Source: Camelus dromedarius (lineage: Eukaryota). From it: a stretch of 64,000 nucleotides of DNA. The notes under the pieces are model-generated. The model was given only the letters and a program-made list of their open reading frames with translations. It was not told the origin of the DNA and ran no database searches. Made by a program: the position numbers and the translations under genes. The stretch lies in contig NC_087472.1 of the NCBI RefSeq assembly GCF_036321535.1, positions 97,156,001-97,220,000 of the forward strand, in the 5' to 3' direction. Positions 37,545 through 50,945 of the stretch are shown piece after piece; position 1 is the first letter of the stretch; every line of letters starts with the position of its first letter.

Positions 37545-38940
37545 ACTTTAACTTCCCATACTGGGCCATTTTACTACTAGATATTTAAGAGAAGTAAAAG
37601 TATATGTCCACAGAGAGACTTGTTCATGGATATTCATAGCAACTTTATTTGCTGCTAGTAAAAACTGGTAGAAATGGAAATATTCATCAACAGATGAATG
37701 GGTAAGAAAAATACGCAATGTCCATATAATAGTACTCAGCAATATACAGGAATGAGCTATTGATACACTAAAAAACATGGTGAATGGATATCACAATGAC
37801 TATGCTGAAGGAAAAAAGTAAAAAAAATCTGTGTCTCCATCCATCTACACTGTTTGATTCCTTTTATGTAAAAATATTTCATGCAAATGGAAATGACAAA
37901 AAAATGGGAGTAGCAATGCTCATATCAGACAAATAGACTTTAAAACAAAGGCCATAAAAGAAAGATAAAGAAGGACACTATATAATGATAAAAGGATCAA
38001 TACAAGAAGAGGATATTACACTTGTTAACATATATGTACCCAATATAGAAGCACCTAAATATATAAAACAAATACTGACAGACATAAAGAGAGAAATTGA
38101 TGGAAATACAATAATAGTAGGAGACTTTAAGACCCCACTAACATCATTGGACAGGTCTTCCAGACAGAAAATCAGTAAGGCAATGGAGATACTAAATGAC
38201 ATAATAGAACAATTGGACTTAGTTGATATTTTTAGGACATTACATCCCCAAAACTAGAAGAATACATTCTTTTCAAGTGCGCATGGAACATTTTCTAGGA
38301 TAGACCACATACTCAGACACAAAAGAAGCCTCCGCAAATTTAAGAGGACAGAAATTATTTCAAGCCATCTTTTCTGACCACGGTGGCGTGAAACTAGAAA
38401 TCAACCATGGTGGGGAAAAGAACGAGAAAAAAACAACTGCATGGAGACTAAACAGTATGCTACTAAAAAACCAATGGGTCAATGATGAAATCAAAGAAGA
38501 AATTAAAAAATACCTTGAGACAAACGACAATGAAAACACAACCACACAGACTTTATGGAATGCAGCAAAAGCAGTCCTACGAGGGAAGTTCATAAGGAGA
38601 CAGGCCTTCCTCAAAAAACAAGAACAATCTCAAGTAAACAACCTAGACTACCACCTAAAAGAATTAGAAAAAGAACAAACAAATCCTAAAGTCAGCAGAA
38701 GGAAGGAAAGAATAAAGATTAGAGAGGAAATAAATAAAATACAGATTAAAAAATAAAAATAGGAGAAATGCAGATTAATAGTGGAAGCAGATCAGTAGAA
38801 TACAAAGAGACAGGAAAGCTTGACAGATGATGGAAATGTTCATAGTCTTGATTTAATGAATATTGATACATCAGATTATCAAATTGTACACTTTAAATAT
38901 GGGCAGTTTATTGTATATCATTCATATCTAAAGAAAACTT
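37545..38940 (+). mobile_element. Old L1 (L1MB/MC) 3' end split by a younger L1 fragment
   Basis: atattcatagcaactttatt, acagatgaatgggtaag on the left; gcagatcagtag, gtacactttaaatatgggcagtttattgtat on the right. Confidence 0.7.
37873..38756 (+). mobile_element. Internal L1 ORF2 endonuclease fragment
   Basis: ORFs 37985-38257 (NIYVPN, IIVGDFKTPL) and 38388-38756 (LWNAAKAVLRGKF); no L1 3' UTR attached. Confidence 0.9.
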
Positions 38941-41900
38941 TTTTTCTATTTCCCCAATGCCTAAAGAAGACTGTTTTTAAAAGGCTTTTTAAATTCAGAA
39001 GTGGAGGGATAATAGATGCTTGACTTGCTCCTGGGTTCAGAGAAGAGGAATTTTACCTGCTTCCTGATGACTTCTTCTGCTTTGTCTAAACTTTCTCAAC
39101 TTGCATCTAGAGTGAAATTCTTCAGAATTGAGAGATTATTTTATGTGCACACAAAAGGCAGGAGCACATGGGACCCATAAGGGACTCTCAGTGATTTATA
39201 GCTGATGTGAATCAGCGCAGTTACATTGCTTTTCTCCTAATATGTAACCGAGATCACTGTATGAAAAAAAGGCCCTGTCAGGTAGGGGATGTAGATCACC
39301 TTGGCAATATGGAGCACTGAGGACAGAGAGGAAGTCTGAGTTGCAATTTAGGATGGCAGTAAAAAGCTGATGTTCTAGAAAGTAGTAGAGAGGGAGATAG
39401 AGATGTGTTAAGATAGTTCATCAGAATAAGTTGCTACTTGACATAGGTACGTGATAATTACTTAATTGGTGGATGAATGGACAAACAGGTGAATATTGCC
39501 TAGGGCTGGCCTAGGGCAAAGGAAAGATGAGGAGATGTGCTTGTCTGTACATCTCTAGATAAGCTGATTGGTTGGATATTTTACGGGAAATATATTCTAA
39601 CTTCCAGACAACTGATTAACCAAAAATTACTAGGACATCAGCCTATTTGTAAATTAGAGACTATGTCATATTCATAATAACCAACAAATGTGTATTGTGC
39701 TATGTTTTAAGACCTGTACCATTTGAAATCATGGGGATCCATTGGTAAGAAATGCTCGATCTTCTTATGTATTAAGAAACAGTCAGTCACCTAAGTAATG
39801 TCAAGAAAACAAAAAGCTAAGCTGGGTTCTTGCTAGAAAAATCAGTGCTCAGTGGGTTTCAGAAAAGGGAAGAGTTCACTGTGGGTGAACTTCATGGAGG
39901 AAGTTGGATATTAACTTGGTGTTGAAGGTTAGATGCATGAGAACAATCTGGCCAGAGTTGAGGGAGCATGTATACAAAGAGTGGGTAGGCAGATGGGGAC
40001 CAAGTTAGTAAGGATATAGAAAGCAAGGCAGAAGAGTTTAGATTTTATCTAACAAACAATAGGGAGCCTGCATCAGATGAATTCCTTTGCAAATAACACA
40101 AAAGTGACTTTTGACAAATTAAGGTTTACTTTACTTAAATGGTAAGATGCACATCAGAGAACAAGTCCTGAGCATGTTGGCTTTCTGTTCTCATGCTTGC
40201 TACCTCATAGTCAGAAGAGGGCTGCTGTGTAACTACTATTTTCCCAGTGGGCTGAGAGTCCCACCAGGTGCAGGTATGGGCAAGGAGGATGAAACATGGT
40301 TGGGATATATCCGTGGAGTAGTATTGTTATGAGGTATAGGAGGTGGTAGTGTTCGGATCTCTGAGTATAAAGTCAAAGGGGCAGCAGTAGCTTTCCATTG
40401 TTCTTGGGTGAAGCCTAAACTTTTTGGAATGGTACTCAAAATCTTTCACAATCTGACTATTTTTTCTAACCTCATTTCTGGGTACTCCTCTCACACTACA
40501 CACCAACACTCTAACAACAAATTTTGAAATACTTCTTTTTTTTTTTTTGAAAAGAGATATTGAATAACTTTAGTTAAAGCAACTTTGACATAAAAACTTC
40601 ACATTTTATAGATAGAATTAGGTTTCCCAACTCTTCCCTCCTTTCTTGGAGTAGAATTATCAGTGTGCTTACTTTGTGATACCTCCCAATAGAGGAGACA
40701 GGGTAACAGATTATTTCCAACTCCATTGATGTCAGGTTCGGCCATGTGTCTGGCTTTGAACAATGGAATATCAGCTGATAGATGAACAAAAAGTTTCAGT
40801 GCACTCAGTTTGGTTTGGAATTTTGCTTAATAATATAGGGGGCAGATCTAAGCTGGCTTAAATATAATAATAAAATTCCTATGCAGGCCCTTTTATACTA
40901 ATAATTGTCAATGGACACATTATTTCCTACATGTTTAGTACATTTATTAGATCTAACATCAAGCAATGTGGAGGCCGAATATGTGTTTTTGAGAAAAGTA
41001 TTAAACATATTCTGAGATACAGTGAAGTATTTTTCTCATATGATTATTAACCCCCAAATATTTTTAACTGTGGTTCTTATATGTAGACTGATCAAAGATT
41101 TACCTTTTAGAAATCAACTTGAATACTAATTTGATGCCAAGTGCATCTGGGCATGAGCTGACCTCAGCTTTTGAATAATTCATCTTAAGAGTTACATGAT
41201 TTTCATTTTTTTCCTAGCTACTTTTGAAGTTGTTTTCCTTTGGCTCAAAGCAAGAGGGAGAAGCAGCGTGCTTTCCCAAGGAAAGCCTTGAGATCAAAAG
41301 GTTTGGCATTAAATGCTGTCTTGATCACAGTTTATGTGCTTCAGCATTTGCTCTGAACTTGGTGTCCCCGTCTATCAAATGGGGACATTAATTAATTCCA
41401 CTTGGTAGAGTAGTTGTGAAGATCAGATACAATAATGTATGTGAAAGCACACTATAAAGTATTTGAAAATTACAAAGGTATTCTATTTCTGGCTCAAACA
41501 TTCTAAGAGAAAGAAAGAAAAAAACATTGAATTGGTGCCTTGTCTTAAGGGCTGTATGTATCTGGGGGTTAAATTTCTTTCATGTATACAAAAACTGTTC
41601 TTTTTGTCTTCTTTCCATTTTGGTTTGCTGTTTTATCCTTTCCTGGCCTGATACTTGATTGCAAAGAGAAAATGAGTTTGCTCCATTCTTTTCTCTTTCC
41701 ATAATGGGAATTGGTATCTCCTGCTTTAGTTAAGAGTAGTGAGATTCCTTGTTCAATCTGTTTTGTTAGATTTATCAACCTCCAGATTGAGCAGTCGTAT
41801 AGCTAGTTCAACAGCATCAACAGAATCTAGTATTTTAATGATCAAATCAAACAAAATGGAATAATCATAGGTAATGTTTAAAAAAAAAAGGTTGTTGAAG

Positions 41901-42939
41901 TCTATCAGTCCTATAGCTCAGTCTTGGCTGCTTCACTTACAGCTTGCTCCTCAAGCTTTCTGAGCCTCAGTTTCCTCACTTGTAAAATAGCAGTAATTGC
42001 TACTTTATGGGGTTATTTGAAAGATTAAATGAGATCCATAAATTTATGAGTCTTCATTTTGAACTTCAGAGAAATCTCATAAACACTATAAATTATAATC
42101 TCTAGTCTGTGAAGTATGACCTTTTAATTTTTCATTGGCTTAAAGTTGTTTATGGTCCATAGTATGTTTTGAGAATGTTCTTGAAATGTTGCAGTTGGCT
42201 TCTTTTCAGTAGTCAGATTTGACTTTGCTCTCCACAAAGTGAAGAAGCAGAAAAGTCAGATGGTATTGACAAAATGCCTTACCTGGCCCTCTAATGCAGT
42301 TAACCCATAAATCCAAGGAACTCATTTAAGAAAATGCACTGTATTTGAGTCTGAGTCCCCTCTCCTTAGCCAGTGGCAAGTTTTTCCTTGGTCCTTATTA
42401 AGGGCAAAAAAACAAAACTTACTCACAGGGGAAAAATATTTTGGGTTAAAAGTCTACCTGATTAGATCTCTCAATATCACATAACATCCTTGAAGTCATG
42501 CTTTCAGTGGCAAGAACGTACCTCATTTAGTTTTCTTTACTAATATACCCTTTCCCCCTCTCGCCAAATAAAAGCAATCTTGTTTTTAGAGAGCAAAATT
42601 TAAATGCAAAGTGTTTCATTGTTCATAGTTATTGAAAAGGCTGCTAAAACAATCATTATAAATCTCAGATTTCATATGAATTGAAGGAAGTATAACAAAG
42701 CACCCACCCCTCTTTTAAACAAATAAGGCACTGTGCCTAGCACAGTTTGTGGAATCTAACATATCAGCAGATATTTCAGGCCCATGTAATTGTAGCAGTT
42801 ATTCATGCTAAGACTTTTGTATTAATTCATATATGTCTGTAGTTCTCAATTACAAAATTTGAGATTTTAGAGCCTATTAATGGAGGCCTATGGACAATAT
42901 GGGTTGCTTGGTTTGACTTCTGAAACCAGACCCACTTAA

Positions 42940-43136
42940 TGTATCATTTAAGTCAACTTTCCATTGTCTCTCTGATTTTGCTGCATACTCTGTAAGAAGG
43001 GCCCACCCTCTTTTCCACCTTGAAGACTCCCCAGCCCCACTCCTCAGAAAGATTTGGTCACACCTTCCCCAATGCTCCCATAGTTCTTGCACACTCTCCA
43101 CTGTGGCACCCCAGTGCTGTATTGTAAGTACTTAGT

Positions 43137-43175
<39 letters not shown>

Positions 43176-43325
43176 GTCTCAGTCTCTCTCTCTCTTGTCT
43201 GATATTTCCTCTTGGAAGGTCATAAGCTTTGTTCATCAGTGTTTCCACAGCACTTAACACGTGGCAGGCACAGAGTAGGCATTCAGTGTTTGAATTGAGT
43301 TTGTTGAATGAATGAATGGAAGAAT
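42940..43325 (+). mobile_element. L2 3' end containing a (TC)n microsatellite (about 43136-43196)
   Basis: cagcacttaacacgtggcaggcacagagtaggcattcagt ... tgttgaatgaatgaatg. Confidence 0.7.
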
Positions 43326-44667
43326 GAACAAGTCTTAAGGGGTTTGAAGCTTCATTGCTTTTCAGTGGATTCGTCTGATTTCCTCCCAGTCTCTGAACTA
43401 TCTTGCTGGCATCTGGAAACCATTATAAACTGGGGAAGAAAGAAAAGGTTCAAGGAGTCAGAGTCAGCCATCTTCCCGCTAGTCACATTAGAAAAGTCCT
43501 TGTAAACCTGACAGTTACCTTCTCCTTCCTCTACCACTCATGCAAGGAAGGCATAAGACAAAAGTAGTGATCCAGCTGCTAAGGAGAGATGGTGGTTTCT
43601 GCCATGCCGTGGGGGCCACATGTGAGTTGGACAAGGATCAGAATACAAAACTAGAACTCCTTTTGATTCTCCCAAGGTGTGTTTTTTCTTCTTTCAAGTT
43701 ATTGTTAATCAAAAAAAATGCATTCCAAGGTCATAATAAAGTGATTCAGGGGTTGTTCATGCCACTGTCCCCTGATTACTGCAGTCGATCAAAAATCCAT
43801 TTTATGTTATTTCAACATGTTGTTACTCGGTTTATTCAGCTGCATACCTAATAGGGTCTGATTAAACACATGGTCTGAGATTCAGAGAGTATTATTTTTT
43901 TCATACATAGATCTCCCCTTTGCAAATGACCCTCTAAACCCCTCCCCCAATCCTGAAGCACTTTTCACTTGAAAGAAAATATAATCCAGCTTTATAGAAA
44001 AAGAAACATTTCCATCCTACTTGCTTATATTGTCTAGTTTCCAGTTATGTTTTTTTGTACAGTACAGTTTCCAGAAGGTGAATTCAAGTGCTCTTCCACA
44101 TACATTTTCAAGATATTTCTTTTGTTCCAATGACAATTCATTTGTTATTTTTATAGTAAGCTAGGGAGTGTGGTGTTGATCACAGCTGTTACCCTTTATT
44201 CTTGCAGTTGGCAGCGTAGATTCACCAGGGATCACATACCCTGTTTACCCTCAAGCCCACGGTTGGAGAAAACCGCTTTTATTGTTAAAGCTATCCAGCT
44301 GCAATTAAGAGGGCACCTGAGAATTTGCAGACTCTTCAGTCCATTTGTTGGTGCAGCATTAGTGACTATGAATAAAGGTTGATAGTATCCTTTTAATTAC
44401 TTAGATTCAATTTATCCTCCAACAATATTGGCTGTTTTATGTAGTTTTAGAATCCTAATGACCTTACCTTGGAGAATGTCCCGGGTTTTATTTTGGTGGC
44501 TAATAACACCTATCATGTTCAAATATTTGCATTTACTATATTTCATGCTCATTCTATATTCTGTTTTTTTCCTCTGTGGACTTTTGACACCTATTTTTAA
44601 GATTATGTGTTAGAAAGCATTGATGTACTGGAGTTTGAATCAAAGTCCTTGATTAACAGGTTATGTA

Positions 44668-45140
44668 CCTGCATCAGTTATCTGTTGCCACAATAATGCT
44701 GCATAATAAAGTTTTTGGTGACATAATTTATTTAGCTGATCCAGGCAGGGCTTCTGTGTCTGTAGTCAGCTGAGAGTTAACCAAGGCAGCTTTCTTGAAA
44801 CTGGCTGGGCTTGCTCAGAAATCTCTTGGTATGCTAGCTATCAGCTGATCTAAAACAGCCTTGGCTGGGAAGATGAGCACTTCAGCTCCACTCCATGTGT
44901 CTGTCTTCTCCAGGAGGCTAGCCCAAGAATGTTCTTGTAGCAATGGCAAAGGACGGGAGCAAGCCAGCCTCCTTGAACAAGCACTTGTCAAGCCTCTGCT
45001 TGCGTCATGTTTGCTAATATCCTATTGGCCAAAGCAAGTCAAAGTGAGTAGGAGTGGGTGGGTATTGCAGACTGACAGGGTAAAGGGCACGGAAATAGGG
45101 TGGAGTGAAGAACTGTTTCTAGTTGCTGCAGTCAGTCTAC
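44668..45140 (-). mobile_element. MaLR LTR (MLT1J/K-like)
   Basis: tcagttatctgttgccacaataatgctgcataa ... gctaatatcctattggccaaagcaagtca. Confidence 0.7.
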
Positions 45141-46864
45141 TATAGACCATAGATTTAAACAGCTTGCCCTCTTTTTTGATCATGGGCTCATTTTCCTTGT
45201 TTCCTTCACCCAATTTCCTTCTCTCCCGTTTCCTTTCCCTAGCTTCCTTTCTCTTCAGTCTTCACCTCCTTTTCCTGTTTTCCATCCCCCTACCTTCTCT
45301 CCTTCCTTCCTACAGAGAAACTAAAAACAAACCTCAAATTCTCACACACATAGATAATTATTTGAAAAGAGTTCTTTTGGTCTCTGGAGCTCTCATTACC
45401 AATTAACTCCTTAGAAAAGGAAATGCTGAAACCTCTGTTTCTCCAAAAACTTAACAGTGTGGGTGGTTCTGGTGTGGGCAGGAAGAGACAGTCAGACTTA
45501 AGTTGTCCTGAAAGAGAGAGAGGGGAAAAAAAAACCCTCCATGAACTAAACACAGAAGCAAAACCTAAATAGATTTCCCAACATTTTTTTTTGAAGTTTC
45601 TCCCAAATTTACCAACTGGAAATTTGAACTGGGCTTTTCTTTTTAATTAAGAGTTTAGAATAGACGTGGATGCAGGTGGTATTTTGGTTGGTAGTTTGTG
45701 GTGATAATTATTGTTGCCATAGCTACCCGAAAAATGTTCAACAGAATATCACTTCATGTTGCAACTTCAAATAAAGGCTGTAAAAGTTCTCTGCTTCTCA
45801 TATAGATTTAATTTAAAGGAAAAAAGAGTCTGCTATATTCAGACTGGAATCTGTTTCTTAATCTGTCCCTGAAAATATGGCTGTGTGTTCAAAACAGGTC
45901 AGTTCAGGGGTAAGTAAATTTTCTTAATAAGTTTAAACTGACTTCAGCTAGCTCCTTCCACAGGCTTGGCTTACATTACACTAATTAATAACAACTTAGC
46001 AAAGTGAGATATATTAAGGTGATTTATTATGGTAAATATTTAATGAAGTTTCAGGCTTCTGACTCTTCAAGGGAAAGAGCTCTGCCTTTATATAAAACTC
46101 ATACAATGTGCCAATTCTTGATTGAGGAAAAAAACTAAAAGCAAAAATCCGTAAAAGCTTCACATATAATAACATGTACTTCAAGAAGGCTCAAAGGCAT
46201 TTTATCAAATTCTGCTTCCATTAATCTGCCTTGGGATAGTCTGGGCTGGGTTCCATGTGGTTAATTCAATGTGAAATGGCAATTCCACTTCTCAAAACAT
46301 ATTATGTTTAAGACAGTGAGGAGTTTGATATGATTCCTCAGCCCTCTAACCCAAGCTTAGTTTTCTGTAAATTAGAACTAGATTTCTTTTCTACCTACCA
46401 GTCAATTTCATTGGATCATTTCCCTATCAGTTAGACCCTTTGAGCCTAAATTTCCTCATCTGTATAAGTGAGGCTGTAATACCCACCTCTCTGTGTTGTG
46501 GTGAGTATTGAAGGTCAGCATAGATTAAATCAATGAATAAATTAAGTGCCATGTAAATACAAGGGCTTGTCCTAAACACAGATGTTCTGTTAAGCTTTGG
46601 AAAAACTTAGATTTTCCCCTAAGAACTTTGGTCAGTGGTGTGAATCCTTGGTGAGGGCAGAACTACTGGACAACAGTTAAAGATACAGAGTGAGATCTAA
46701 TTTGTTTTCCATTTTCATGGCTTGGATTTCAAGGCCTTCCCAGATAGATATAGTCTCTAACATGATTTAATTTTCACATTTTGTAAACCAGCTCCAAACC
46801 CAAGGGACAGCAAGAAATGAAGTTGTTTGACTAAGAAGCTCAGCTGCACCATCTGAGAGGTTTT

Positions 46865-48918
46865 ATCTCTTTTTAAATTAATTTTTTATTGAAGTGTAAT
46901 TGACATACAACATTGTTAGTTTCAGGTATACAACATAATGATTTGATACTTATATACGTTGTGAAATGATCACAACAAAAAATCTAGTTAACATTCATCA
47001 TCATACATAGTTACAAAAGTGTTTTCTTGCGACAAGAACTTTTAAGATCTATTCTCTTAGCAACTTTCAAATATACAACACACCATTATTAACTATAGTC
47101 ACCATGCTGTACATTATATCCCAAGGATTTATTTTGTAATAGGAAGTTTCTACCTTTTGACCTCCTTAACTGATTTTGCCCACCCACCACACTGCTGCAG
47201 GCAACTACCAATCTGTTCTCTATTTTATGAGCTTGTTGTTGTTTAAGATTTCATATATCAGTGAAATCATTTGGTATTGGTCTTTCTCTGTCTGACATAT
47301 TTCACTTAGCAAAATGCTATCAAGGTCCATCCATATTGTTGCAAATGTCAAGACCTCCTTTTTATGGCTAAATAATATTCCATTATCTATATACCACAGT
47401 TTCTTTGTCCATCCATGGTTGGACACTTAGGTTGCTTGCATGTCTTGGCTATTGTAAATAATGCTCCAATAAACATGGGGGTGCATATATCTTTTTGAGT
47501 TAGTATTTTTGTTTCCTTTACTCAGAAGTGGAATTGCTGGATCTTATGGTAGTTCTGTTTTCTTTTTTAGGGGGAGATGTGGGGGGACCTGCCACACTAT
47601 TTTCCTTAGTGGCTGCATCAATTTACTTTCCCACCAACAGTACACCAGGATTCTGTTTTCTCCACATCCTCACCAACACTTATTTCTTGCTTTTTTGATG
47701 ATAGCTATTCTAACAAGCATGGGAGGATATCTCATTGTGGTTTTGATTTGCATTTGCCTGATGATTAATGATGTTGAATACCTTTTGATTTATCTATTGG
47801 CCATCTGTATGTTCTCTTTAGAAAAATAACTATTCAGATCCTCCACTCATTTTTTAATCAGATTTTTTTTTTGCTATTGAGTTGTATGAGTTTTATATAT
47901 CTATATCTCTCTAAAATATTAATCCTTTATCAGATGTATGATATGCAAATATTTTTTCCGATTCAGTAGGTTGCCTTTTCATTCTGTTGGTAGTTTCATT
48001 TGCCATGCAAAAGCTTTTTAGTTTGATATAGAATGATGTGAAGAAACTTGCCACCTATGTTTACTTCTAGGCGTTTTATGATTCCACATCTTATGTGTAA
48101 GTCTTTAATAATCCATTTTGAGTTAATTTTTGTTTAGGGGTTCCATTTCATTCTTCTGCATGTGGTTATCTAGTTTTCTCAACACCATTTATTGAAGAGA
48201 CTGTTTTCTTCCCCATTGTATATTCTTTGCTCCTTTGTTGTAAATTAATTGACTATTTATGTGTGGGTTTAATTCTGGGTTCTGTTCCATTTATCTATGG
48301 GTATGTTTTTATGCCAGTACCATGCTATTTTGCTTACTATAGCTTTATGATAGTTTGAAATCAGGGAGCATGATGCCTCCAGCTTTGTTTTTCTTTCTCA
48401 AGATTGCTTTGACTAATTGGGGTCTTTTGTGGTTCCATACAAATTTTAGGATTGTTTATTCTATTCTGTAAAAGATGCTATTGGAATTTTGACAGAGATT
48501 GCATTGAATCTGTAGATGGCTCTGGATAGTACAGACATTTTAACAATATTAAGTCTTCCAGTCCATGAGCATAGAATATTGTTCCATTTATTTGTGTCTT
48601 CTTTATTTCTTTCATCAATGTCTTACAGTTTTCAGTGTTTAGGTCTTTAACCTCCTTGGTTAAATTTATTCCTAGATATTTTATTTTCATACCACTGTAA
48701 ACAGGATTGTTTCCTGAATTTGTCTTTCTGAGAGTTCATTGTTAGCATATAGAAATGCAGCAGATTTTTGTATATTTTGTATCCTGCAACTTTAGTGAAT
48801 TCATGTATTAGTTTTAACAGTTTATTTTTTGGCAGACTCTTTAGGCTTTTCTATATATAATATCATGTCATCTGCAAATAGTGATCATTTTACTTCTTTC
48901 TTTCTGATTTGGATGCCT
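46865..48918 (-). mobile_element. 5'-truncated L1 (L1MA9-like)
   Basis: Reverse ORF2 (KIKYLGINLTKEVKDL) and 3' UTR; TSD at(c/t)tgag(a/g)ggtttt at 46851-46864 and 48919-48932. Confidence 0.9.
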
Positions 48919-49546
48919 ATTTGAGGGGTTTTTAAATGAGGGACTGGACAGTGTTTCCACTATCTTTTTGAAATTTTAATGTCTTTTCAGTTCACTTAAT
49001 TTCTCACATTAACTTTGAAAAGGACTTCATGGCATATATTTATTTACCTTGAAATTAAAGTGAGCTCAAAGTAATTTTGTTTTGAGAGGTTTTTAGAATT
49101 TCTGACATCCCTTGAGAGCCCAAGGCATCACCAAAACAGGAATTGAGGTCAAGACTTGCTGGTTAGTGACCAGCGGGGTTCGGAGTGATTGGCCAGTTGT
49201 ACTAACGGATGATGGGGCTGTTTGTACTGCCACTTCCCAGTCCCTGTTCAGGTGAAACAAACAGAGCTGGTCCAACTGATACACACAGAGTTCTATTACT
49301 CCCTGGAGAAAAGGATTTCAGCTCCTTGGTGTCTGGTACAAAAATCTCTTCATCATTTGATATGGCTTTATTTACAGTTACATTACTACTACTAGTAGTA
49401 ATAATATTAGTACTACTTACTACTAATACTACTAGTAGTATGTTAAATAAAAAACTGTATTGTGCATTAGATTCATGAAAGTGTTACAGAAATCGATGCA
49501 TTTCTATTTTGATGTCAAGGTGATCTAGCGTAGCTTGAAATATTTT

Positions 49547-49851
49547 TTTTAATTTTTTTTTTATTGAAGTATAGTCAGTTTACAGTGTTGTGTCAATTTC
49601 TGGTGTACAGCATAATGTTTCAGTTATAAATATACATACTTATGTTCCTTTTCATATTCTTTTTCATTATAGGTTACTACAAGATATTGAATATAGTTCC
49701 CTGTACTATACAGTATAAACTTGTTGTTTGTCTGTTTTATATATAGTAGGTATTATTTGCAAATTTCAAACTCCCAATTTATACCTTCCCACCCCCATTT
49801 CCCCTCCAGTAATCATAAGTTTGTTTTCTATGTCTGTGAATCTGTTTCTGT
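49547..49851 (-). mobile_element. Young camelid-type L1 3' end
   Basis: Poly-T then ttattgaagtatagtcagtttacagtgttgtgtcaatttctggtgtacagc; imperfect TSD ttgaaatatttt / ttgagagatttt. Confidence 0.85.
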
Positions 49852-49917
49852 TTGAGAGATTTTAAAAGGCATCTGCACCTCATATATATACTTTATATAA
49901 TGTTCATGGTACTTAAT

Positions 49918-50110
49918 ACAGAGCTGCATTGTTCAATATGGCAGCCATTAGCAACATGTGCTGTTTAAATTTAAGATCACTTAAAATAAGAAATTCACTT
50001 CCTCAGTCATACTAGCCATATTTCAAGTGCTTAGTGCCTACATGTGACAATGGCTAAATAGTGCAGAAACAAAACATTTCTGCCATCATAGAAAGTTGTA
50101 TTAGATAGAG
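49918..50110. mobile_element. MER3/MER33-like MITE
   Basis: ttcaatatggcagccattagcaacatgtg ... ctagccatatttcaagtgct ... catagaaagttgtattaga. Confidence 0.7.
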
Positions 50111-50730
50111 CTTGTATAGAGAAAGATGGGAATATTTTTCTCCATTAAGCAAGATGTGAGCTAGCCTAGGAAAAATGTCAAGAGCCTTTAGAATTTTATG
50201 TCCTTAGAGAGAAATATAAAATATTCCATTTACTTGCTTCAAAATTAAGAATATGAATCATAAAATTTTACTGAATAGCTACAACAAATTGTAAAATCTG
50301 AAAATCATTTCCTGTTATAATAGTGTGTAGAGGGAGAGAAATCATGGATGGTAAATGAGGGACAGAAACAAACTCAGTCATCTAGGTACCCACACACAGG
50401 CACACAGTAGGATAGACGGGGGAGGAGAAGTAGCCATAAATATGCAGGCCCTGAAACAGAAAGGGGGAAAGAAAGAAAGGTGGAAGGCAGCGAGAGGGGA
50501 AAGAGAAGAGTCAGAGGAAGACATAGATTTCACTTTTCACTAAGGTGAGTGTTCTCAGGAGGTCACAGATCAGACCTCAGTGGTGCTGAGGGTTTGCACC
50601 TTTTATCTTCTGCCCTGTGACTGACTTGTTGATGGGTCCCTGGTCCCAGAATTTCGAATGCTCTCAAGGGGGCTCCTTCAAGCAGCTGTTTTCAACCTGG
50701 GCAGCCAAATTCTGGAGTGATGGTTCTCAG

Positions 50731-50945
50731 CAGTGGTTCCCAGGGCAGCGGCCCCAGCAGCAGCAGCAGCAGCAGCAGCAGCTCCGACAGCAGCAGTAAT
50801 GAGAACTTGTTAGAGATGCAAATTATCAGGCCTCGCCCACTCACTCAGTGAATCCTCAGCTCTAGGGGTGGGTCCCAGCCCTCTGTTTTAGGAAGCCCTC
50901 TGGGGGATTTTCATTCACATTCCTGCTCAAGTGTGAGAACCTCTG
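50731..50945. mobile_element. MER5A carrying an expanded CAG repeat
   Basis: cagtggttcc ... gaacttgttagagatgcaaatt ... gtgtgagaacctctg. Confidence 0.75.
50755..50796 (+). repeat. (CAG)9 CTCCGA (CAG)3 microsatellite
   Basis: Read directly from the sequence. Confidence 0.95.

Noticed and set aside
43700..46300. Non-repetitive blocks with TAAT motifs, an acceptor near 44208 with AATAAA at about 44371, and a donor near 45910
   Set aside because: Such motifs are expected by chance in AT-rich DNA; conservation or RNA data would be needed.
50617..50799. Polyglutamine ORF
   Set aside because: Short frame with a non-ATG start; the Q-run is a microsatellite inside a MER5A.
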